Origin: Flavobacteriaceae bacterium
GTDB taxonomy: Bacteria; Bacteroidota; Bacteroidia; Flavobacteriales; Flavobacteriaceae
Reading direction: 5' to 3'
NCBI GenBank assembly: GCA_965224465.1
Contig: OZ245049.1
Location: 690,001-722,000 of the forward strand
Length of the DNA stretch: 32,000 bases
Of this stretch, positions 7,355-15,035 are shown in pieces. The notes below the pieces were generated by a model. That model did not search any database. It saw nothing but the letters and a program-made list of their open reading frames with translations, and was not told where the DNA came from. A program made the position numbers and the translations under genes. How positions within the stretch are numbered: position 1 is the stretch's first letter; each line of letters starts with the position of its first letter.

Positions 7355-8296
7355 TTACCCTAAAGGATGAAACATTTCTATTTGTTTACTCAAATTCTTC
7401 ATGTCTTTATTACGGTACTTTTCTATATTTCCAACATTTTTATAACCGCTTAAATATTGGGTTTTTCTTAATCCAAATAAATCTATCCAAATGCCTATTC
7501 TTGATTGTTTGAGTTGAGTTAATCTTTTAATGTTTATTGTTGGATTCTGCTCCTTTATGGTTTTTACTAATACTTTTAATTGCTCGTGTAAGCGTTGTTC
7601 TTTGTTGCAGTTTGGATTGAACAGTTTTTCGCTTTGCTCTGTATTTGGCTTGTTGTTTCTACCTATCCCTCTAAAATCGGTAATATAATCGTGAAAAGGA
7701 ATTATCTGATTTGCTTCTAATTTTACTGTTCTGCTGTTCTTTCTTCTTACTCCTCCTGGGACTTTTATGATTCCTTTTTTTAGATCTAAATCTTCTAATT
7801 CTAAATTCATTAAATCTTGCTTGTCCAATGCTTGAAAAATCATTAACCCCAATAGTAGTTTATTGCTGTATTTAAAATATCCGTGTTTAGTTTTGTCTTG
7901 ATAATTGGTGTAGATTTCTTGTAGTTCTTCTTCTGTTAATAAAATGATTTGCTCTTGTGCTACTCCTCTTAATCTTACATTTAAAGCAATGTTTTGTATT
8001 GCTTCTGTTGAGCTATTTAAAAGACGCTGTGCGTCTAAAAAGTGGTAATAATGTTCTATTGCTCTTAAAGTTGTATTGATACTTGTTTTTGATTTCTCTT
8101 GATTTTGTAAGTGTCCTATATAGTTTAATAACTGATTGTATTTTATCGTTTTCACGGTTAGTTTATTTAGCTGTAACCAAATTGTAAAAAGTCCTATTCT
8201 CATTATAAAATCCTTGATACATTTTTCGCTATAAAACCTATCTGTTAGCCATTTATCAAAGGCGAGAGGCTCGCTACCCAATTTATTATTTTTCAT
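7355..8296 (-). CDS. Second, divergent tyrosine-recombinase-like protein (313-aa type)
   Basis: ORF track. SAM-like N-terminal region (TSINTTLRAIEHYYHFL). The C-terminal region aligns by eye to the first recombinase, but the Arg-I position reads D (QALDKQDL), GH is GY, and the terminal Tyr is kept (NIEKY). Confidence 0.8.
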   Translation of the reverse strand: MKNNKLGSEPLAFDKWLTDRFYSEKCIKDFIMRIGLFTIWLQLNKLTVKTIKYNQLLNYIGHLQNQEKSKTSINTTLRAIEHYYHFLDAQRLLNSSTEAIQNIALNVRLRGVAQEQIILLTEEELQEIYTNYQDKTKHGYFKYSNKLLLGLMIFQALDKQDLMNLELEDLDLKKGIIKVPGGVRRKNSRTVKLEANQIIPFHDYITDFRGIGRNNKPNTEQSEKLFNPNCNKEQRLHEQLKVLVKTIKEQNPTINIKRLTQLKQSRIGIWIDLFGLRKTQYLSGYKNVGNIEKYRNKDMKNLSKQIEMFHPLG

Positions 8297-9149
8297 CCTG
8301 TATTAATTGGCTGTCTGCCTCAGACTCTTCAAGTATGTGCGTATAAATCTGTGTACTATCTAACCTTTTATGTCCTAAAAAATTACCAATATATTCTAAC
8401 TCCATTCCTTGCTGTAAAAGATGTGTAGCAATGCTATGACGTAAACTGTGCAGGCTCGCCTGTTTTGTTATCTCTGATTTCTTCATCAAAACTTTTAACC
8501 TGTTGTTTAAATATTGTCCTGTTACTTGTGGTTTTGATTTTCCAACTAATAAATAGTTACTTTCTGTATTGATTATCTCCCTTGCAAACTCAACATATTC
8601 TTTTAAATCTGCTATTACTTTTTGAGACATTGGAACATATCTACTTTGATAATTCTTACTTGGTTTTACATAAATTAATCCTTTGTTAAAGTCTAATTCT
8701 TTTGGCTCTAAATTAATTCCCTCTTTACTTCTTAATCCGCAACCGTAGTAAATACTTAGTATTGCTTTATCAAAAAGCCCTAAGGGCTTATTTTCATCTA
8801 CAGCCTTGAATAAGGCTTGTATTTCTGATTGGCTAAAAATGGTTCTTTGGGTTCTGATTTCCTTTTCTACTATGATTTTACCTGTTACTAATTTTTGCTT
8901 TTTGGTGAGTTCTAAAAACTTACTGTACCTGTTTATTACATTAATATAACCTTGTATTGATTGTCTTGCTAATTTAGTTTGATGTAGGTCTTTTATGAAG
9001 TTTTCTATCTCTTGTTGATTAGGCTTTCTTTGATTTAAATACTTGAAAAAATTAGCTAATAACCTGACATATCCTTTGATGGTGCTTTCTGCATAACCCA
9101 ATCTAATTAACCACAGCTTGAAGCTGTTCAATTCATTTTCTTTCTCCAT
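8286..9149 (-). CDS. Tyrosine recombinase/integrase, module 2
   Basis: ORF track, 287 aa, with the same R...HxxR...H...Y motifs as 717-1574. Its 3' part is identical to 717-992 in the tract compared. Confidence 0.9.
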   Translation of the reverse strand: MEKENELNSFKLWLIRLGYAESTIKGYVRLLANFFKYLNQRKPNQQEIENFIKDLHQTKLARQSIQGYINVINRYSKFLELTKKQKLVTGKIIVEKEIRTQRTIFSQSEIQALFKAVDENKPLGLFDKAILSIYYGCGLRSKEGINLEPKELDFNKGLIYVKPSKNYQSRYVPMSQKVIADLKEYVEFAREIINTESNYLLVGKSKPQVTGQYLNNRLKVLMKKSEITKQASLHSLRHSIATHLLQQGMELEYIGNFLGHKRLDSTQIYTHILEESEADSQLIQDEK

Positions 9150-9165
9150 TTTTAAATATTTGGGT

Positions 9166-9180
9166 GTCGAGCCTCTCGAC
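9166..9180 (-). other. Hairpin GTCGAG-CCT-CTCGAC between the primase stop and the recombinase start
   Basis: Perfect 6-bp stem, about 17 nt upstream of the recombinase ATG (9149) on the minus strand. Confidence 0.5.
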
Positions 9181-9246
9181 TAGGGGGTGCCTTGCATTTT
9201 GGGATTTTACTGGGCTACCTCAGTAACTTGTTGATAGTCTTTTAGT

Positions 9247-11796
9247 TTAGTTGCCCACTAACTCAACTGGGTCACTGTGGTTTACTGGTTCACTCATTAT
9301 TGCTTTTATATCTTCCAAAGCCTTATCTAATGCGGACTCTATACAGTTTTTTAAGTTTTCGTATTCTTCTGTATTCAGTAATTCATATTCGTAACCTCTT
9401 GCTTTATTACCTCCAATTACACTTAAATATCCGTATCTGTTCAAATCTGATAAATACCTATTTAATGTGGTTGGTGCAAAACGATATGCCTTTCTAATTT
9501 CTTTGCTATAAAAACTCTTTTTTTGATGTTTGGATAGATATGTTTTAAGTAACTCCAAAAAATCCCTACACGCTTTTGTTAACTCATCACTTTTCGCCAG
9601 CAGTACCGTTTTTAACAGCTTATTGGCTTGTTCTATATCTTCTAAAGTCGTTTCTATATAATAGTTTCCTTGTTCGTCTTTTTTACGTTCTCGTTGATAC
9701 TGATGGTAAAAAGTAACGGTTTCTATAAATGCCAAATAATGGGTATTTGTTCTCAAGGGTTTAAAAACTGTTTCGGGAATATTGAGCATTGTAGCATAAG
9801 GATTTACAACTTTTACTTTTTCTAATAACCATTGCACATCTTTTAAAAATTCCCTGGCGTTATTCTCTTCTTGCTTGTTAATCTTTCCTGCTGAACTATT
9901 TTGTTGATAGCTCATAATCCCTTCTTTTTGTTGTTTGCTGTTATCTAAATAAATGAGCAAACTTCTATTAGCATTATCTTCATAAATCTTTTCTTTGGTG
10001 GTTGTTCCGGCTAAACAAATTGGGCCTTCTACTGTTAAGGTGATTGTTTTTAGGTTTCCTTTAGCATCTTTTATAGGAATGGTTTTACTTATTTTTCGTT
10101 TACTCATTAATTCACGGATAGCATACAAAATCTTATCATCTTGTGCTCCGTCCAAGTCCTCAATTAGAACTAATTTATTTTTGAGTTCTGTTCTATCAAA
10201 GTAGTAAAGTGCATTTTCTGATAGTGCTGTAATTTCTAATTTATGTTCTTCTGGTATGAGGTCTGATATTTTTTCTTGTAGGTAGGTTTTCCCTGTTCCA
10301 CTTGCTCCAAGGCTTATAATGTGTAGCGGTTGTTCTCTTAATCTGCTCGTAAAAACCAAATACATTAACAAACGATTATTAACCTCTCCAACCATTCCAG
10401 TTTTACCAATTAAGTCGTTTGTGTTTTGTAGTAAATTTTCTCCTTTTAAGAATTCAATTGCTTTTTGTTTTCTTAGTTCCGTGAGTTCTCTTAATTTCTT
10501 TTTCTGTGGTTTTTGTGCATCTACTTGTCTTAATCTGTAATCTTCTAATCCGTTTATGAGTTCTGCTATTGCGTATTGTATTTCTCTTGTTCCTAATTCT
10601 AATCTTTCGGCTACTTTCCTTGTAAATTTCTCGGTTGAATCATCATTGTATAAATCTAAATTACTTTGTCTGATGTTATATATTGGACTTGGGTTATCTG
10701 TTCTTGTGATGCGTAGGGTTACTTTTAACTTGTCTAAACTGAACAAGTTTACCCCTCCTAAAACGGCTATTAAAATGTTGTTGTTTTGGTAAGTGATGTA
10801 ATCTTGGTTTTCTGTGTTCAGCTCGTTACTTACTGGTTCTGCCTGCTCTGCTACAAATTCAGTTTCCGAACCATATAAATTTACTCTTTCGCTTATTAGA
10901 TGCTCTAAAATACTTGGCTCGTGTGATTGTACCAGACTATTTATATCTTCTCCTTGCGGACAATTAATTTTACTGATGCTTAGATTGTTAAATAGTTGAT
11001 TTAATGTTTTAGAATGTTCTTGTATTGCTTTTTCTCCTGCTTCATCTCCATCAAAAAAGAGTATCACTTCTTTTAAATTCTCTATTCTTTTAAGTGCTTC
11101 TAAATGCTCATTGGTTAGCCCATTTGTTCCGTAAAGTGCAAGTGTTTCAAAGTTGGTGTATTTCTGAAGTGTAACACTATCAATTATACTTTCTGTAAGG
11201 ACTATTACTTGCGTTTCTTTGTTTGGATATTTGGGATAAAGCCCTTTTCTGTTTGCTGTATAGTAGTGCGTTCCTGTTTTTGCTATATTTCTACCGTACA
11301 GACTTACTATTTCGTTTTGCTCATTTTTTAGAGGATAGATAATACAGTTTTTTAAGTTCTTATAAATTCCTCCAGAGTTATAGCCTTGTTCTAATTTCAC
11401 ATCATAAATCCCTCTTTCTTCTAAATAGGCGATTGCTTTTTTACTTCTATGTAGGCTTTGTTTGAATTTTGGGAATAATTCGGTAAAGTTTATAGCCTCC
11501 TGTATTTCTGTTGTTGTTTTGAGTGGTTTTATTTCTGCAGTACCAATTAACTCTTTTGCCTTTTTGATTGCTTGGTGTTTTGTACAGTTCTCTATTTCTT
11601 GTATAAACTGTATTGCATCTCCTGTTTTATCACAACCAAAGCAAGTGTAGGTGTTTGTATTTGGGTAAATTCTTAAACTGGGTTTATTGTCTTTATGGAA
11701 TGGGCATTTTGCGTGGTTGTTATTATTTACGCTTATGTTGTACTCATTTAGTACTGTTTCTATGCTTAATTGCTCTTTAATTTGCTTGATTTCCAT
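9247..11796 (-). CDS. Primase-helicase-like replication protein (tail type 2)
   Basis: ORF track, 849 aa, with CHC2 finger, TOPRIM and Walker A/B as in 1651-4191. The C-terminal ~150 aa differ (..QRERKKDEQGNYYIETT..RYGYLSVIGGNKARGYEYELL..). Confidence 0.9.
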   Translation of the reverse strand: MEIKQIKEQLSIETVLNEYNISVNNNNHAKCPFHKDNKPSLRIYPNTNTYTCFGCDKTGDAIQFIQEIENCTKHQAIKKAKELIGTAEIKPLKTTTEIQEAINFTELFPKFKQSLHRSKKAIAYLEERGIYDVKLEQGYNSGGIYKNLKNCIIYPLKNEQNEIVSLYGRNIAKTGTHYYTANRKGLYPKYPNKETQVIVLTESIIDSVTLQKYTNFETLALYGTNGLTNEHLEALKRIENLKEVILFFDGDEAGEKAIQEHSKTLNQLFNNLSISKINCPQGEDINSLVQSHEPSILEHLISERVNLYGSETEFVAEQAEPVSNELNTENQDYITYQNNNILIAVLGGVNLFSLDKLKVTLRITRTDNPSPIYNIRQSNLDLYNDDSTEKFTRKVAERLELGTREIQYAIAELINGLEDYRLRQVDAQKPQKKKLRELTELRKQKAIEFLKGENLLQNTNDLIGKTGMVGEVNNRLLMYLVFTSRLREQPLHIISLGASGTGKTYLQEKISDLIPEEHKLEITALSENALYYFDRTELKNKLVLIEDLDGAQDDKILYAIRELMSKRKISKTIPIKDAKGNLKTITLTVEGPICLAGTTTKEKIYEDNANRSLLIYLDNSKQQKEGIMSYQQNSSAGKINKQEENNAREFLKDVQWLLEKVKVVNPYATMLNIPETVFKPLRTNTHYLAFIETVTFYHQYQRERKKDEQGNYYIETTLEDIEQANKLLKTVLLAKSDELTKACRDFLELLKTYLSKHQKKSFYSKEIRKAYRFAPTTLNRYLSDLNRYGYLSVIGGNKARGYEYELLNTEEYENLKNCIESALDKALEDIKAIMSEPVNHSDPVELVGN

Positions 11797-11843
11797 CTTT
11801 ATTTGAAATTGTTTAAAAAAAGTTGTTTGTTACACTTTGGCTA

Positions 11844-11851
11844 CAAAAGTA
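11844..11851 (-). promoter_or_regulatory. Candidate -7 box (TACTTTTG on the minus strand) for the primase operon
   Basis: Matches TAnnTTTG, about 47 nt upstream of the primase ATG (11796). Confidence 0.4.
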
Positions 11852-11908
11852 AACAAACAGTAATTAAAAACCAAAACTTTTGGATTTGTTTTTACTCAAA
11901 CTATGCTA

Positions 11909-11916
11909 TATATTTG
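11909..11916 (+). promoter_or_regulatory. Candidate -7 box (TATATTTG) for the XRE-SUKH operon
   Basis: Matches TAnnTTTG, 36 nt upstream of ATG 11953. Confidence 0.45.
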
Positions 11917-11952
11917 CAGAAACCATTACAGAATGGCAACAAACAGCATATT

Positions 11953-12300
11953 ATGAGTACAGATTTTGGAAAAAGATTAAAAACAGTAAGAGAAGAGAAA
12001 GGTTTGAAACGTGAGGATATTGCGAAAAAAATAGGAACATCTTCTGCAATTATAGGGCGTTATGAACGTAACGAAAGAACTCCAAATATTGATATTGCTA
12101 AAAATATTGCAGAAGCTCTTGAAGTAAGTCTTGATTATTTAGTGGGTGATACTACAGTATTATTGAAAGACAAGAAAATGCTTTACCGTTTAGAAATTTT
12201 ACAGAAAGTTAGTAGTAGCCAAAAAGATAGGATTTTATATATGTTTGATTTGATGCTCAAAGATGCTCAAAATAATTCTTTGCAAGAGAAATTAGCTTAA
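11953..12300 (+). CDS. XRE/Cro-C1-type HTH regulator
   Basis: ORF 11770-12300 trimmed to ATG 11953 (MSTDFGKRLKTVREEKGLKREDIAKKIGTSSAIIGRYERNER). The longer ORF would overlap the primase start and the promoter region. A TAnnTTTG box lies at 11909-11916. Confidence 0.8.
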   Translation: MSTDFGKRLKTVREEKGLKREDIAKKIGTSSAIIGRYERNERTPNIDIAKNIAEALEVSLDYLVGDTTVLLKDKKMLYRLEILQKVSSSQKDRILYMFDLMLKDAQNNSLQEKLA

Positions 12301-12307
12301 AATTGAT

Positions 12308-12757
12308 ATGGAAAATATATTTGGAAACTTTGATTTAGTACCCGATAATGAAAAAGGGTACATTGAAGAATTGGAAAAGGAATACGGTATTTCACTACCT
12401 CCAATATTTAAAGTATTTTGTCAAACTTTTGTTTTAAACTCTCTTAAGCCAAATGAAAACCACCATATATTTTATCCTGATGAAGAGTTAGGCTTTGATG
12501 GTTTTGAATTTAACCTAAAAGAATTATTAGGATACTATCAAGAAGTAGGGGAACCTCATTCTCAAAGAAAAATGATTCCAATAGCGACTTCATCTCTACA
12601 TTCTGGTGGGATATGTATTTGCTATGACAATCAGAATAAAGATAAAATCTACGTAAATGATGAAATGTCAGATGATGATTTTACACAAGTAGCTACTGAT
12701 ATTCTCGATTTTATCTCGCAAATAGGACAGTTTAATTTTTCAAATAACAATTCTTAA
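12308..12757 (+). CDS. SUKH-1 (SMI1/KNR4-like) immunity protein
   Basis: ORF track, 149 aa. The N-terminus (IEELEKEYGISLPPIFKVFCQTF) is typical of SMI1/KNR4-SUKH immunity proteins. It lies 7 nt after the XRE stop and is convergent with the WHH-type toxin. Confidence 0.7.
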   Translation: MENIFGNFDLVPDNEKGYIEELEKEYGISLPPIFKVFCQTFVLNSLKPNENHHIFYPDEELGFDGFEFNLKELLGYYQEVGEPHSQRKMIPIATSSLHSGGICICYDNQNKDKIYVNDEMSDDDFTQVATDILDFISQIGQFNFSNNNS

Positions 12758-13563
12758 AACCCCATAAATTCAAATAAATCTTGTAACCCTTTTGAAATTA
12801 TTGATTTACCTCCTGAATGATTAAACCCTTTAGGTACACTATGTATAGATGTCTTAACAGGAAATAAAGTTCTCCCATCTTCAAAATGATGCCAAGTATA
12901 TGTCTCCCAATTACCATTCTCAAATAATTGAAATTGCTTTGACATTCCACCTGAATTGGTTTGTGCAATTCTAAAGTTCCCATTAGTCATATAGCCATTA
13001 TTCCAAGGCCAATTACCGCCTGATTTTTCAATCCCAAATTTCTTTGCTAAAGCCGTATTTGCTTGAGTAAAATCCGTTCCTGCACCTGTTAGATTTGGTG
13101 ATTCAAATTTAAACTTGCTTGCAGTTGTTCCATCAGTAAAATTGAGAATGGGTGAATTAGAACGTAAATCCGGCATTCCTTTTTTATAGGTTACAGAAAC
13201 ACTTTGCCCATCAATAACTTTTGTAACAGTATAATCCATCTGACCACCATAACCTTGTGGATGTTTGAGTGTTTTATAGTGATTATCTAATTGTTGAAGT
13301 TTTACGTCAGTAAGATTATCTAATTTAGCCAAGAAAGAAGCATCAGCAACATCATCTAAGCTGTTCACAAAGTTTTTAGCAAAACTTAAATCCCCTAAAG
13401 CATCAAGTTTTGTAATAATTTTAGATTTCCCCACCGTATTAGCCAATTCTTCAACACTATTACTACTTTTTTCAGTTGAAAAAAAAGTATCGTTTGCACT
13501 TAAATTTAGTGTCGAAAAAACACTAAGTACAACTAATAGGAATATTTTAAATTGATTACTCAC
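12754..13563 (-). CDS. Secreted polymorphic toxin, body type B (WHH-type HNH/EndoVII-fold nuclease)
   Basis: The ORF track gives 12754-13572 with a TTG start. I prefer GTG at 13563, which aligns with the GTG start of 5479-6189. Shared leader. The C-terminus TYTWHHFEDGRTLFPVKTSIHSVPKGFNHSGG fits the WHH clade of HNH/EndoVII toxins, which commonly pair with SUKH immunity proteins. Confidence 0.75.
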   Translation of the reverse strand: MSNQFKIFLLVVLSVFSTLNLSANDTFFSTEKSSNSVEELANTVGKSKIITKLDALGDLSFAKNFVNSLDDVADASFLAKLDNLTDVKLQQLDNHYKTLKHPQGYGGQMDYTVTKVIDGQSVSVTYKKGMPDLRSNSPILNFTDGTTASKFKFESPNLTGAGTDFTQANTALAKKFGIEKSGGNWPWNNGYMTNGNFRIAQTNSGGMSKQFQLFENGNWETYTWHHFEDGRTLFPVKTSIHSVPKGFNHSGGKSIISKGLQDLFEFMGF

Positions 13564-14153
13564 AGATGACAAAGGTAACAGTTTTCTTAGTTTTTCTTTT
13601 TCTTCAATTGAAAAAAAAACTAAGGCTTGATTTTTTTATAATTATTGCCTTGTCGAAATGTTGATTTTAAAACTAATGTTCTTGGCAATGATTATGAAAA
13701 AATGAGCATCCAAAGGGGTTTGGGGAATGGAAGATTCCCCATATAAATAAATCCTGCGTAGCAGACCTATTTTTTTAGTGTGTCGGCAAGTGTGGTGGAT
13801 GTGTGGCTATTTTGCATAATACCAGTTATAATGACATTTTTTTCAATTGAAAAGAAAATAATCAACTCGAAAAATGTGCGAAGCGAACTTATAACTTGTA
13901 TTATGTAACTTAGCTTGGGGTTTAATTTTTTGGCATTGCTTTTTGTTCTGTGCGGTGGGGTAGCTGTTTGGTGTTGGCTTTTTTTATTTTCAAAAAAAAC
14001 AATAACAAAGTGCTACTTGTGGAATGGCTTACAAAAACTATGACAAAAAATTAAACAGAAGGGATGGCGAGCGGAACAAAAGGAAACACAAAGGCTTTTT
14101 GCTTTTTCTGCAAAAATTTGGGTTTACTTTTGTGGGGATTTGTGCGGTGGATT
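13439..14153 (-). repeat. Leader + junction region, allele B
   Basis: Palindromes at 13467-13486 (CAGTTG variant, inside the CDS), 13603-13612 and 13842-13851. A degenerate T-run/A-run relic lies at about 13979-13999. Hairpin at 13722-13740. GTGCGGTGG at 13950-13958 and 14142-14150. Confidence 0.8.
13815..13905. repeat. Same 17-bp inverted repeat with a 57-nt loop containing a CAATTG palindrome
   Basis: Arms at 13815-13831 and 13889-13905. Confidence 0.75.
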
Positions 14154-15035
14154 TTATCCCAATGGATGAAACATTTCTATCTGTTTACTAAGGTTTTTCA
14201 TATCCTTATTTCGGTACTTTTCTATATTCCCAACATTTTTATAGCCACTTAAATATTGTGTTTTTCTTAATCCATATAAATCTATCCAAATACCTATTCT
14301 TGATTGTTTGAGCTGGGTTAGTCTTTTGATATTTAGTGCTGGATTTTGTTCTCTAATTGTTTTTACTAATGCTTTTAATTGTTCGTGCACCCTCTGTTCT
14401 TTATTGACATTTGGATGAAATAGTTTTTCGCTTTCTTCTAAACTTACTTTTCCATTTCTTCCTATTCCTCTAAAGTTGGTTATGTAATCGTGTAATGGTA
14501 TTATCTGATTGGCTTCTAATTTTACTACTCTACTATTTTTTCTTCTGATTCCTCCAGGTACTTTTATAATTCCTTTTTCTAAATCTAAATCGTCTAATTC
14601 TAAATTCATTAAATCTTGCTTGTCTAATGCTTGAAAAAGCATTAATCCTAATAGTAATTTATTGCTGTATTTAAAATAACCGTGTTTGGTCTTATCTTGA
14701 TAATTGGTATAGATTTCTTGTAGTTCCTTTTCTGTTAATAGTATGATTTGTTCTTGTGCTACTCCTCTTAATCTTACATTTAAAGCAATATTATCTATCC
14801 TTAAAAAATGGTAATAATGTTCTATTGCTCTAAGGGTTGTATTGATACTTGTTTTTGATTTCTCTTGATTCTGTAAATGTCCTATGTAGTTTAATAGTTG
14901 ATTGTATTTTATGGTTTTTAGGGTTAGTTTATTAAGTTTTAACCAAATTGTAAAAAGTCCTATTCGCATTATAAAACCTTTGATACATTTCTCACTGTAA
15001 TATCTATCAATTAACCATTTTCTGTATTCTTCCAT
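14154..15035 (-). CDS. Second, divergent tyrosine-recombinase-like protein (293-aa type)
   Basis: ORF track. Paralogue of 7355-8296 that lacks the N-terminal extension and the DAQRLLNSSTEAIQN insert. It overlaps the upstream recombinase gene by 25 nt. Confidence 0.8.
   Translation of the reverse strand: MEEYRKWLIDRYYSEKCIKGFIMRIGLFTIWLKLNKLTLKTIKYNQLLNYIGHLQNQEKSKTSINTTLRAIEHYYHFLRIDNIALNVRLRGVAQEQIILLTEKELQEIYTNYQDKTKHGYFKYSNKLLLGLMLFQALDKQDLMNLELDDLDLEKGIIKVPGGIRRKNSRVVKLEANQIIPLHDYITNFRGIGRNGKVSLEESEKLFHPNVNKEQRVHEQLKALVKTIREQNPALNIKRLTQLKQSRIGIWIDLYGLRKTQYLSGYKNVGNIEKYRNKDMKNLSKQIEMFHPLG

Larger units (their letters stand above)
6497..8363. repeat. Dispersed direct repeat copy 1 (part of junction + YoeB/YefM + 313-aa recombinase-2 + 3' end of recombinase-1)
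   Basis: Matches 27229-29095 at offset 20732. The first mismatch seen is at 8364/29096 (taaCc vs taaTc). The left edge coincides with the right arm of the 17-bp inverted repeat. The sub-block 7570-8561 also matches 1-992. Confidence 0.8.
6065..13438 (-). mobile_element. Module 2 (7374 bp): toxin-B body, SUKH, XRE, primase, recombinase pair, YefM/YoeB, junction, leader
   Basis: Bounded by the leader break points at 6065 and 13439. Gene order is colinear with the other modules, except that the immunity gene is on the + strand. Confidence 0.5.

Noticed and set aside
11770-11952. Upstream extension of the module-2 XRE ORF (176-aa version).
   Set aside because: It would overlap the primase start codon and both candidate promoter boxes. 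The HTH domain begins right after ATG 11953, as in the other regulators.
12798-12983. Small nested or antisense ORFs in the cargo genes (12798-12983, 18713-18928, 19525-19746, 25376-25591, 26188-26409, 5984-6208, 6853-7038, 27585-27770).
   Set aside because: Each lies within or antisense to a better-supported CDS and has no motifs or independent start context.
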